From: Wolbachia endosymbiont of Drosophila innubila
GTDB taxonomy: Bacteria; Pseudomonadota; Alphaproteobacteria; Rickettsiales; Anaplasmataceae
Assembly: GCF_021378375.1 (NCBI RefSeq)
Contig: NZ_CP076228.1
Coordinates: forward strand, 720,001 to 752,000
DNA: 32,000 bases
Direction: 5' to 3'
Shown piece by piece: positions 8,676-17,099 of the stretch. The position numbers and the translations under genes were made by a program. Below the pieces are notes generated by a model. That model worked only from the letters and a program-made list of their open reading frames with translations. It had not been told where the DNA came from and searched no databases. Position 1 is the first letter of the stretch, and each line of letters begins with the position of its first letter.

Positions 8676-9608
8676 ATGAAAATTATTTATAATTGTGAGC
8701 AAGGAATAGAAAATAATATAGCACTAACCTTCGGAAATTTCGATGGCATTCATTTAGGACACGAGTTTGCAATTTCTACTCTAAAGAAGGTAGCACAAGA
8801 AAGAGGATTACCCTCTGCAGTTTTAACTTTTGAGCCTCACCCATCAACTGTTTTATTTGGTAGAAACAATTTTAGGTTAATAGACCAAGAACAAAAAAAG
8901 GAACTAATCAGCAGCTATGGTATAGATTACTTATATATTATTAATTTTAATAGAGGTTTTTCTGAGGTTAGCTGCGATGACTTTATCAGTGAGATTTTAA
9001 TAGATAAATATGGCGCTAAACACATAATTGTCGGAGAAAATTGCACTTTTGGTCATAAACGATTGGGTAATATATTAACTCTAGAGAAATATTCTGAAAT
9101 ATATGGATACTCTTTGACTAAATCAGAGCCATTAACAATTGACGGCAAAATTTGCTCTTCTTCTTCAATAAGGGAGTATGTACAAAGGGGCGAAATAGAA
9201 ATTGCTAATAAATTGCTCGGCAGGCCTTATCAAGTTTCTGGTGTTGTGACAAAAGGTGCATGTAGAGGTAGAGAAATAGGATTTCCAACCATAAATATTC
9301 CTATAGAAGATTGCATGATAAAACCTAAGTTTGGCACATATTACGCTAGAGTGACTTTTCCTGATAGTAATCCAAATTGGTTATATGGAGTAGTCAATAT
9401 TGGTATGAGACCTACTTTTAAGGATCTGAAAAAGCCTATAATAGAAATGCACATATTCGATTTTGATGAAGACGTATATAGTCATAAAGTCAATATACAA
9501 CTTTTAAAATTCATAAGGTCAGAAAAAAAATTCCATAGTATTGAGGAGTTAACAAAACAGATAAATTATGATATACTTAAAGTTTATAGGTTAAAGGCAA
9601 ATTTATGA
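8676..9608 (+). CDS. ribF: bifunctional riboflavin kinase / FMN adenylyltransferase
   Basis: 310 aa with the N-terminal nucleotidyltransferase motif GNFDGIHLGH and the C-terminal riboflavin kinase region (GFPTINI, EMHIFDFDEDVY). Confidence 0.92.
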   Translation: MKIIYNCEQGIENNIALTFGNFDGIHLGHEFAISTLKKVAQERGLPSAVLTFEPHPSTVLFGRNNFRLIDQEQKKELISSYGIDYLYIINFNRGFSEVSCDDFISEILIDKYGAKHIIVGENCTFGHKRLGNILTLEKYSEIYGYSLTKSEPLTIDGKICSSSSIREYVQRGEIEIANKLLGRPYQVSGVVTKGACRGREIGFPTINIPIEDCMIKPKFGTYYARVTFPDSNPNWLYGVVNIGMRPTFKDLKKPIIEMHIFDFDEDVYSHKVNIQLLKFIRSEKKFHSIEELTKQINYDILKVYRLKANL

Positions 9609-10081
9609 AAAAGTTATGCTTAGTTGTTATATTAATTATAGTATTGATTGACCAAACGAGCAAATTGTACATAAACTCATTGATTGATGAAGGAGAATCA
9701 ATTGAGATCGCTAGTTTTATAAAACTAGTTGAAGTTTGGAATTCAGGTATTAGTTTTGGAATGTGTAGCGCTTTACCACATGGCGGTTTCTTTTTTTCAG
9801 CATTTTCAATACTAATAATTGGTATACTTGCATATTTGATATACAAGTCTGACGATCAGTCAACTTACCTTGGTTTTTCTCTGATGATTGGTGGAGCAAT
9901 CGGAAACGTAGTTGATAGGATCTATTGGGGAGCTGTATATGATTTCATATATTTTCATATTGATGATTGGTATTGGCCAGCCTTTAATTTAGCAGATTTA
10001 TCTATAGTTTGTGGAATGTTTACATTGTTATATAAGTGGTATATATACGATATGCTTATTTCTAAACAAAATGAGGAATAA
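9605..10081 (+). CDS. lspA: lipoprotein signal peptidase (signal peptidase II)
   Basis: 158 aa with four hydrophobic segments and conserved NSGISFG, GGAIGNVVDR and FNLADLSI. The ATG overlaps the ribF stop (ATGA). Confidence 0.92.
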   Translation: MKKLCLVVILIIVLIDQTSKLYINSLIDEGESIEIASFIKLVEVWNSGISFGMCSALPHGGFFFSAFSILIIGILAYLIYKSDDQSTYLGFSLMIGGAIGNVVDRIYWGAVYDFIYFHIDDWYWPAFNLADLSIVCGMFTLLYKWYIYDMLISKQNEE

Positions 10082-10110
10082 AATAATTGTTTTTATATTA
10101 GGTCGAAATA

Positions 10111-11451
10111 ATGCTTCATAAGTTTTTTAGTTTTCTTATACTACCTGTACTTTTTTTTACTTACCCAATTTCTTCGAATGCTTTAAACATAGAGCACAAC
10201 ATAAAATATACTAAACTCAGTAACGGACTAGATGTTTATGTTGTTTCTAATCATCGGATTCCAGCCGTTTTACATGCAGTAATATACAAAGTTGGGGGAA
10301 TGGATGATCCAATCGGCAAAGCAGGATTGGCTCACTACTTTGAACATTTAATGTTTGAAACTACAGGGAAGTTCACAGATATAGAAGCCACTATGAGTAG
10401 CATTGGGGCTCAATTTAACGCATTTACCACTAAAGAATATACCTGTTATTTTGAGTTGATCCCCAAAAAAGATTTACCACTTGCAATGGAAGTTGAAGCA
10501 GATAGAATGGGCAGCTTTAATGTTACTCAAGACAAAATAGATAGAGAAAAAAACATCGTATTAGAAGAAAGAAAGATGAGATTTGATAACCAACCTCATA
10601 ACTTGTTATGGGAAGAAATGGATAGTGCATTTTACCGTACTGGCTATGGTAGGTCTGTTATCGGCTGGGAGAGCGATATCAAAACTTACAATTTGGATGA
10701 CATAACGAGGTTTCATGATAACTATTATCACTCCGGCAATGCAATATTACTGATTGTGGGTGATGTGGAACTTGATGAAGTAGTGAAATTAGCAGAAGAA
10801 AAATATGGCGAAATTAAAGCTAAGCCTGTAATGAGAAATTACCCAAATCAGGATCCAGTGCATAATGCAGATCTATCGGTGACCTTAGAGAGCACTGAAG
10901 TAAAAGAATCAGTTTTATATTTTCGTTATCGTGTTCCCTTATTTGATCACATAAATGAAGCCTCTGCTGCTCATTTAGCGGTTGACATTTTAGGTGGCGG
11001 CAAATCCAGCAAACTGTATAAAGATTTGGTTTTAGATAAAGATGTGGCAGTATCAGTGTTTGCTTATTATAATAGCCTAGCTTTTAGTGATGGCTACATT
11101 GATATTATGATAATTCCAAAAAGTGGCGCTAATTTAGATATTGTTGAAAGAGAGTTAGATAATGCTATTAATGGCTTCGTATCTAAAGGGGTGACGAGCG
11201 AGGAATTACAAAGCTCAAAATATAGGTATAAGGCAGCACAGTTTGATAATCTATCTGACTTAACTCATATAGCGATGTTCTATGTGCCACACCTTGCACT
11301 TGGTATTCCACTTGATGAAATAGATATTTCATATAGCAAGATTAATGATGTCAATCTAGAGGATGTAAATAATAAAATCCGTGCTATTTTTTCTGCTAAT
11401 AAGTTAATTGGTCGTTTATTACCAAAAAGAGATAATAATGAGAATAAGTAA
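10111..11451 (+). CDS. M16-family zinc peptidase (insulinase/PqqL-like), predicted active subunit
   Basis: 446 aa with an N-terminal signal-like segment and an inverted zincin motif H-x-x-E-H in GLAHYFEHLMFE, plus the downstream Glu region. Confidence 0.88.
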   Translation: MLHKFFSFLILPVLFFTYPISSNALNIEHNIKYTKLSNGLDVYVVSNHRIPAVLHAVIYKVGGMDDPIGKAGLAHYFEHLMFETTGKFTDIEATMSSIGAQFNAFTTKEYTCYFELIPKKDLPLAMEVEADRMGSFNVTQDKIDREKNIVLEERKMRFDNQPHNLLWEEMDSAFYRTGYGRSVIGWESDIKTYNLDDITRFHDNYYHSGNAILLIVGDVELDEVVKLAEEKYGEIKAKPVMRNYPNQDPVHNADLSVTLESTEVKESVLYFRYRVPLFDHINEASAAHLAVDILGGGKSSKLYKDLVLDKDVAVSVFAYYNSLAFSDGYIDIMIIPKSGANLDIVERELDNAINGFVSKGVTSEELQSSKYRYKAAQFDNLSDLTHIAMFYVPHLALGIPLDEIDISYSKINDVNLEDVNNKIRAIFSANKLIGRLLPKRDNNENK

Positions 11452-12757
11452 AATTATATTTCTATTTTTTTTCTGTCTAGGCTTTAATTTACAAGCAAGT
11501 GGTAACCTAAATATAGAGGAGGTCACTACCCGTAAAGGATTTAAGTTTTTATTTGTAGAAAATCATGATTTGCCAAAAGTTTCACTAAATATATCGTTCA
11601 AGGATGCAGGTTATGTGTATGAGAATAAGGAAAAACAGGGGCTTGCTTGGTTTACTTCTCTTGTAATCCAAGAAGGGGCAGGAAAAAATGATGCCAAAGA
11701 TTTTGCGAAAAAGCTTGAAGATAAAGGGATTAGTTTAAATTTTATTGCTGATTTAGAAGCATTTAGGGTTTCATTAAATACTTTGTCTGACAATCTAGAG
11801 GAAGCAATTTCATTACTGAGCGATACTATAATGCGTCCTAAAGTTGACCCTGAAGGGTTGAATAGAGTTTTCGAGAAAGCCAAAGTTGATTTTAATAATC
11901 TTGAAAAAAATCCTTATTTTGTTGCTGGAAAAGAATTAGATACGTTATTGTTTAAAAAACATCCTTACTCAAAAAGTGTGTACGGTACTCTTGATACTAT
12001 AATGAGCATTACTAGAGACGATGTTTTAACATACATAAAGCGTAATTTTGCTAAAGATAACATAGTTATCAGTGTTGCTGGTTGTACAAAAAAAGAAGAA
12101 ATTATTACGCTATTAGATAAATATTTATCTAAATTGCCGTCAAAAAGATCAAAAGTTAGAAAAATACCTGTAAAAAATAATTTTGGTTCTGCAGAAAGTA
12201 AGAATATTTTTATGGATATACCACAGAGTGTGATACTTTTTGCTCAAAAAGGTATAGCTTATGAAGATCCTAATTATTATAACGCTGGTGTCTTAATTGA
12301 TGCACTTGGTGGCATGAGGCTGAATTCAATATTAATGACAGAACTGAGGCAAAACTTGGGTATTACTTATGGTGTTTATGCAAGTATTATTTCCAATAAA
12401 CATGGAAATATTATATCTGGATTTATAAGTACTGATAGTTCTACTGCTGGCAAAGCTATATCAGCAGTAAAAGATACATTTAGCAGAATAAAAAAGCAAG
12501 GAATTGACGAACAATTGTTCAAGGATGCAAAAATTGGCTTGGTAAATAATCTTGTCCTTTTCCTGTCCAATAACACAAATACAGCAACGCTGCTAGATAA
12601 TATGCAGATAAATGATCGTGATGTTAACCGTATAAATAATTATGCGAATATCATTAATGATGTTAAATTAGAGGAAGTAAACGAACTGGCAAGTTCTTTA
12701 CTGGAACCTGAAAATTTATTTTTTGTTGAAGTTGGAAAAAACGCTCAAGGTCAATAA
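11438..12757 (+). CDS. M16-family peptidase paralogue lacking the HxxEH motif (probable non-catalytic partner)
   Basis: The ATG at 11438 (MRISKIIFLFFFCLG, signal-like) overlaps the upstream stop. It has an M16 fold-like sequence, but the position of HxxEH reads GLAWFTSLVIQEG. Confidence 0.8.
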   Translation: MRISKIIFLFFFCLGFNLQASGNLNIEEVTTRKGFKFLFVENHDLPKVSLNISFKDAGYVYENKEKQGLAWFTSLVIQEGAGKNDAKDFAKKLEDKGISLNFIADLEAFRVSLNTLSDNLEEAISLLSDTIMRPKVDPEGLNRVFEKAKVDFNNLEKNPYFVAGKELDTLLFKKHPYSKSVYGTLDTIMSITRDDVLTYIKRNFAKDNIVISVAGCTKKEEIITLLDKYLSKLPSKRSKVRKIPVKNNFGSAESKNIFMDIPQSVILFAQKGIAYEDPNYYNAGVLIDALGGMRLNSILMTELRQNLGITYGVYASIISNKHGNIISGFISTDSSTAGKAISAVKDTFSRIKKQGIDEQLFKDAKIGLVNNLVLFLSNNTNTATLLDNMQINDRDVNRINNYANIINDVKLEEVNELASSLLEPENLFFVEVGKNAQGQ

Positions 12758-12766
12758 TTATTACAG

Positions 12767-13327
12767 TCATATATCTTCTGCTATTGACCTTACTGCTTCT
12801 ACATAACACTTATGCTCCTCAGCTAGAATGCGTTCTGAGAGGCTTTGAATATCATCAGCTGGTAACACTGGTACAACAACTTGAGCAATTATGGCTCCAG
12901 CATCAACTTCAGGAGTGACATAATGTACAGTACAACCTGTAATTTTTACACTTGCTTTTAGAGCTTGCTCTTGAGCGTTTAGGCCTTTAAAAGACGGAAG
13001 TAAAGAGGGATGAATATTTATCACCTTGTTATGCCATTTACTCAGAAAATCAGCTTTGAGAATTCTCATAAACCCTGCAAGGCAAATTAAATCAACCTTA
13101 TGTTGAACAAGTATTTCGTGAATTTTACCAGCATCAAGCGGTTTATCTTTAACAATAAACGCTGAGATTCCTGCTTGCTCTGCTATTTTCAGACCAGCAG
13201 CTTCGCTATTATTTGTGATAACACATGCAACTTCTGCGGAAAAATTCTGATCTTGACATGCTTCTATTAAGGCCTGCATATTCGACCCCCTACCTGAAAT
13301 TAGTATTCCGAGTTTTATCTTTTTCAT
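12767..13327 (-). CDS. purN: phosphoribosylglycinamide formyltransferase
   Basis: 186 aa with ISGRGSNMQALI, INIHPSLLP and the GCTVHYV...DAGAII motifs of PurN. Confidence 0.93.
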   Translation of the reverse strand: MKKIKLGILISGRGSNMQALIEACQDQNFSAEVACVITNNSEAAGLKIAEQAGISAFIVKDKPLDAGKIHEILVQHKVDLICLAGFMRILKADFLSKWHNKVINIHPSLLPSFKGLNAQEQALKASVKITGCTVHYVTPEVDAGAIIAQVVVPVLPADDIQSLSERILAEEHKCYVEAVRSIAEDI

Positions 13328-13631
13328 TATAGCACAGTTAGTTTAGAATTTAGTTAATACTAACAAAACAGCTCAAAAGGAAAACTTATTTTATAGCAAA
13401 GAAGGCAGACTAAACTCTTTACATAAGTGGACCTCTAATTTTGGACCTCACTGGACAACACAAAATAACGAATAGCCCCATGTACCCAGCTAAAACTAGC
13501 TTTAATGCTTAGATATTGTGCTATTTTTGTATAATATACTATTATAAGTATATATTTTTGTAATCGCGTTATTATTTATTTAACAAAGTATTAGTATAAT
13601 TTATTACACTGGATTAAATGGAGAAAGTTCA

Positions 13632-14048
13632 ATGAGTAAATTACCGAACAATGCAAAAATAGGTAAATCTCAGGTTACTCAGTGGGAGGTAATAAAAAAT
13701 TGTGAATATGCTGATAATTGCTTGTCAAAAATAGTAACTTTGTACGTTATTAGAATAACTCAGCTATCAGATTTTTATACGAGTGACGAACCTGAAATTA
13801 ACACTGTTTTAGCAAGAATAAGCGTGACAAGTGAAAATGTATTTTTAAACAAGGCTACTACTATTGAAGTTATGGAAGGTATTTTTCCGTATAAATTCAA
13901 CAGCAAGAAGAGAAATAACGTATTAAGGTTAGAAGATTTGTATAATTATTTATGTTCTATTGTTAACAATAGCCTTCCAAAAGAAATGCTTGAAAGTCTT
14001 GTAAGGGAATATAAGGATGCTATTAACTTATTTAAAGCAATTACTTAA
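13632..14048 (+). CDS. hypothetical protein, 138 aa
   Basis: ORF preceded by GGAGAAAG about 6 nt upstream of the ATG and by a TATAAT-containing AT-rich region. No recognisable domain. Its 3' end overlaps mnhE convergently by 8 nt. Confidence 0.5.
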   Translation: MSKLPNNAKIGKSQVTQWEVIKNCEYADNCLSKIVTLYVIRITQLSDFYTSDEPEINTVLARISVTSENVFLNKATTIEVMEGIFPYKFNSKKRNNVLRLEDLYNYLCSIVNNSLPKEMLESLVREYKDAINLFKAIT

Positions 14049-14571
14049 CTGAACGTAGTATTTTTAAGATTTTATTTTCTATTTCAGAAATGCCGCTTTC
14101 AAGATCTTTATCTATCAAATACATGGTAGAGAAATATGTTTTCTGCTTACTTTCAACATTGATAGTTAAAGTTCCGGGAGTTATTGTGACTGAATTGGCA
14201 AATAACGCAATGCTTTCATCATTATGCCCTTTGCATTTTCTTAGAATAATGATTGGCTCAAGCTTAGATTTGAGTTGTAGCACCTTTTTTGTTACATAAA
14301 CACTTGATAAAATGATTTGGTACATTAACCATGGTATATAACTTACTAACTTATAAAACGACAGTCTACTCGTACTATTTAAAATCTGGCTAAGAGCTCT
14401 TTCAGCGTTTATCAACCTTCTAAAGATAAACGATGTGAATATAGAGGAAAACACTCCACAAAAAATAAAAAACGGCTCAAAATAACCAGACAATACAGTC
14501 CATAGAACAAATAAAATTATAAATGACAGAGAAAAAAACTTGATTTCCTTCCTAAAGTTGAGGTTTTTCAT
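14041..14571 (-). CDS. mnhE: monovalent cation/H+ antiporter subunit E (Mrp/Mnh)
   Basis: 176 aa with N-terminal hydrophobic helices (LWTVLSGYFEPFFIFCG) and the family-typical SVTITPGTLTI motif. No other mnh subunits are adjacent. Confidence 0.8.
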   Translation of the reverse strand: MKNLNFRKEIKFFSLSFIILFVLWTVLSGYFEPFFIFCGVFSSIFTSFIFRRLINAERALSQILNSTSRLSFYKLVSYIPWLMYQIILSSVYVTKKVLQLKSKLEPIIILRKCKGHNDESIALFANSVTITPGTLTINVESKQKTYFSTMYLIDKDLESGISEIENKILKILRSVK

Positions 14572-14687
14572 AGTCTGTAATATAACTTAAATGACTCTTT
14601 AAGGAAAGATAATAACGAATATTTAGGTTCTTGACTTCTATGTTAAAAGATATAACAACTAAGTTATGTATTTTAAGTGAGGAAGTT

Positions 14688-15968
14688 ATGAAATATGACA
14701 AATTTATGGAAATATTAAAAAAAATAAATGACCTTTCAGATTTGAGCAAGGACAATATAGTTGAAAAAATAAAAGCTAAGTTACAAGAAGAAGATCCAAA
14801 TTTATGTCAAGAGTGGGAAAAGAGTAAACCTGACAACGATAGTGGATCTGGCATAAATTACATATTTACTATATCTCGTGGTCAAAATTCTAAGGAAGTC
14901 AAATTGTTACATCTTGCTTCTTATTGGAACTGTGCAAATGTAGCAAAAGCTCTGATTGAAAACGGGGCAGATATTAATGCAGAACATGATAATAAAATTA
15001 CTCCTTTACATATTGCTGCTCACTATGGCCACGAAGATGTAGTAACCATTCTAACTGGAAAAGGAGCAATTGTTGATGCAAAAAATGGTGATGGATGGAC
15101 TTCTTTACATTTTGCTGTTGAAAAGAACCACGAAAATGTAGTAAACACTCTAATTGGAAAAGGAGCAAATGTTAATGCAGAAAATGATAAAGGATGGGCT
15201 CCTTTACATCTTGCTATTACAAATGGCCACAAAGAGATAGTACAAGTTCTATCAAAAGCAGAAGGAATCAACGTTGATGCAAAAAATAGTGATGGGTGGA
15301 CTCCTTTACATCTTGCTGCTGCAAATGGCCGCGAAGATATAGTAGAAACTCTAATTGAAAAAGGAGCAGATGTTAATGCGAAAGATCATTATAAATGGAC
15401 TCCTTTAACATTTGCTTCTCAAAAAGGCCATGAAGTGGTAAAAGGAGCTCTATTAAAGGCACAAGAGAACATCAAAGCTTTGCATTCAGCTGTTAAACAT
15501 AATAATGAGGAGGAGGTGAAAAACCTATTAAATAAAGGAGTAAACGTTAATGCAAAAGATGATGATGGATGTACTCCTTTACATCTTGCTGCCAGAGAGG
15601 GCTGCGAAGATGTAGTAAAAACTCTCATTGCAAAAGGAGCAAATGTTAATGCAGAAGGTATTGTGGACGAGACTCCTTTACATCTTGCAGCCAGAGGGGG
15701 CCATAAAGATGTAGTAGACATTCTAATCGCAAAAGGAGCAACGGTTAATGCACAAAATAATAAAAGATATACTCCTTTACATATTGCTGCTGAAAAGAAC
15801 CACATAGAAGTAGTAAAAATTCTAGTTGAGAAAGCAGATGTTAATGCAGAAGATATTGAGGACAAGACTCCTTTACATCTTGCTGCTGCAAAGGGCCATA
15901 AGGATGTAGTAGAAACTCTAATTGCAAACAAAGTAAGAGGTTGTCCGGAAATAAGTAAAAGGCTATAA
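14688..15968 (+). CDS. ankyrin-repeat protein (about 10 ANK repeats), 3' end replaced by IS sequence
   Basis: Tandem 33-aa repeats (G.TPLHLAA..GH.DVV..LI.KGA.VNA) as ~99-bp DNA repeats from about 14900 to 15930. The ATG at 14688 has a strong GAGGAAG RBS; the ORF is open from the TTG at 14631 and an ATG at 14640. The last 10 codons (RGCPEISKRL*) come from the IS terminal repeat. Confidence 0.88.
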   Translation: MKYDKFMEILKKINDLSDLSKDNIVEKIKAKLQEEDPNLCQEWEKSKPDNDSGSGINYIFTISRGQNSKEVKLLHLASYWNCANVAKALIENGADINAEHDNKITPLHIAAHYGHEDVVTILTGKGAIVDAKNGDGWTSLHFAVEKNHENVVNTLIGKGANVNAENDKGWAPLHLAITNGHKEIVQVLSKAEGINVDAKNSDGWTPLHLAAANGREDIVETLIEKGADVNAKDHYKWTPLTFASQKGHEVVKGALLKAQENIKALHSAVKHNNEEEVKNLLNKGVNVNAKDDDGCTPLHLAAREGCEDVVKTLIAKGANVNAEGIVDETPLHLAARGGHKDVVDILIAKGATVNAQNNKRYTPLHIAAEKNHIEVVKILVEKADVNAEDIEDKTPLHLAAAKGHKDVVETLIANKVRGCPEISKRL

Positions 15969-15994
15969 TATCTGAAATTTTAGTACGGGTAAAG

Positions 15995-16356
15995 ATGAGA
16001 AAAAAGTATCCAACAGATCTAAGCGAAAGGGAATGGGCAAGAATAGAAAAACACTTCAGAGTATCATACAAGAAAGGAGGAAGGCTGCCAAAGTATAGCA
16101 AAAAGAAATATTAGAAGCAATTTTCTATGTATTGCGTACAGGGTGTCAATGGCGGTATTTACCAAATGATTTTCCGCTATGGAAGACTGTGTATGAGCAG
16201 TTCAGGCAATGGAAGAAGCAGGGAATTTTTGAGAAAATGAATTATGAAATTACAAAATATAGTAGAAGAAAAATAGGAAAGAATGAGCAGCCGAGTGCCT
16301 GTATAGTAGATAGTCAATCTGTAAAGACTACAGAAAAGGGGGGATCAAAGCTATGA
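15995..16356 (+). pseudogene. IS5-family transposase orfA, frameshifted
   Basis: Identical to copy 1 orfA except that the A-run at 16100-16104 is A5 instead of A6. This splits the frame, so only the 74-aa distal part (16132-16356) stays open. Confidence 0.85.
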
Positions 16357-16824
16357 TGGAAGTAAAAAGTAAAGGGTAGAAAAAAGGCATATAATTACAG
16401 ACACTCAGGGTTTTATACTAGGTTGTTACGTAGGCGCTGCTAACGAAAATGATAGAGATGGTATTAAAATAGCATTAAACAATATGAGAACAAAATATAC
16501 TAAAGTTAAAAAATGTGGGCTGACATGGGATACCAAGGAAGAAATTTAAAGAATCACATAAAGGAAGAATATGACATAGATATTGAAATTGTTAAAAGGC
16601 CTCCATGTAGATTTTGGGTGCACAAAGATACGCCACCTGAGCTACTACCAACAAGAGAACAAGGGTTTAAAGTACAGCCAAGAAGATGGGTTGTAGAAAG
16701 GACTTTTGCTTGGGTTAATAGGAATAGAAGGCTATCGAAGGAGTATGATTTACTCACAACATCCACTGAGAATTTCATATACCTAGCTATGAGTAGGGTT
16801 ATGTTAAAGAGGGAATATGCTTGA
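16357..16824 (+). pseudogene. IS5-family transposase catalytic part (orfB), reading frame broken
   Basis: The 103-aa C-terminal ORF (16513-16824) is identical in protein sequence to copy 1. The upstream YDGSKK*RVEKRHIITDTQGF... segment has an in-frame TAA and shifts frame at the A6 run before 16513. Confidence 0.8.
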
Positions 16825-16848
16825 ATTTACTAGTTTCCGAACAACCTC

Positions 16849-16934
16849 TCAGATACTTTACAAGAAAAAGTGGGATAGAGGCAAAAGCAAATATTAATAA
16901 GGATAATTTAAGAAAAGCGCATACTAGAGTTTGA
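16849..16934 (+). pseudogene. possible displaced 3' end of the ankyrin gene 14688..15968
   Basis: With the IS removed, the ANK frame continues RYFTRKSGIEAKANINKDNLRKAHTRV* to the TGA at 16932-16934. This is weaker than the ANK1 case: it is short, has no diagnostic motif, and the duplication is imperfect. Confidence 0.4.
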
Positions 16935-16995
16935 AGAAGCAGTAAAAATAAAAAATATTATTGAAAGGTTAAATAGCATATGATATAATATATAT

Positions 16996-17060
16996 ATAGT
17001 GTAAAAATGTAAATAATTTTATTGACATCTTTACATTAATAGTTCTTAAATATTTAGCAC
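16996..17060 (+). repeat. left arm of ~65-bp inverted repeat bounding the orphan-gene cassette; contains a promoter-like TTGACA
   Basis: ATAGTGTAAAAATGTAAATAATTTTATTGACATCTTTACATTAATAGTTCTTAAATATTTAGCAC aligns with the reverse complement of 21542-21606. By hand alignment about 56 of 66 positions match, and all but one of the mismatches are transitions. TTGACA is at 17022-17027, followed 18 nt later by TTAAAT. Confidence 0.7.
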
Positions 17061-17099
17061 TGTAGAATTAAATTATTAAGTTCTGTGAGGGAAGTAAAA

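Larger units (their letters stand above)
15937..16848 (+). mobile_element. IS5-family insertion sequence, copy 2, 912 bp, degenerate
   Basis: Same element as 2287-3197 but on the opposite strand. The IRs are GAGGTTGTCCGGAAATAAGTAAA and, at the right end, TTTACTAGTTTCCGAACAACCTC (one IR mismatch). The flanks are TAA (left) and TCA (right): both TNA but not identical. Confidence 0.9.

Noticed and set aside
11408-11437. Upstream alternative start extending the second M16 ORF
   Set aside because: The non-ATG start would add MVVYYQKEII, overlapping the first gene by 44 nt. The ATG at 11438 gives a normal signal-peptide-like N-terminus.
13340-13631. Intergenic region between purN and the 138-aa ORF, scanned for a tRNA or other RNA gene
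   Set aside because: No cloverleaf-compatible T-arm or acceptor pairing and no conserved RNA motif was recognisable by eye. This is left unannotated rather than guessed.
15023-15931. Minus-strand ORFs of 82 aa and 170 aa inside the ankyrin gene
   Set aside because: They are antisense read-throughs created by the periodic 99-bp ANK repeat, with repetitive Cys/Phe/Thr-rich translation and no start context. The plus-strand ANK frame explains the region.
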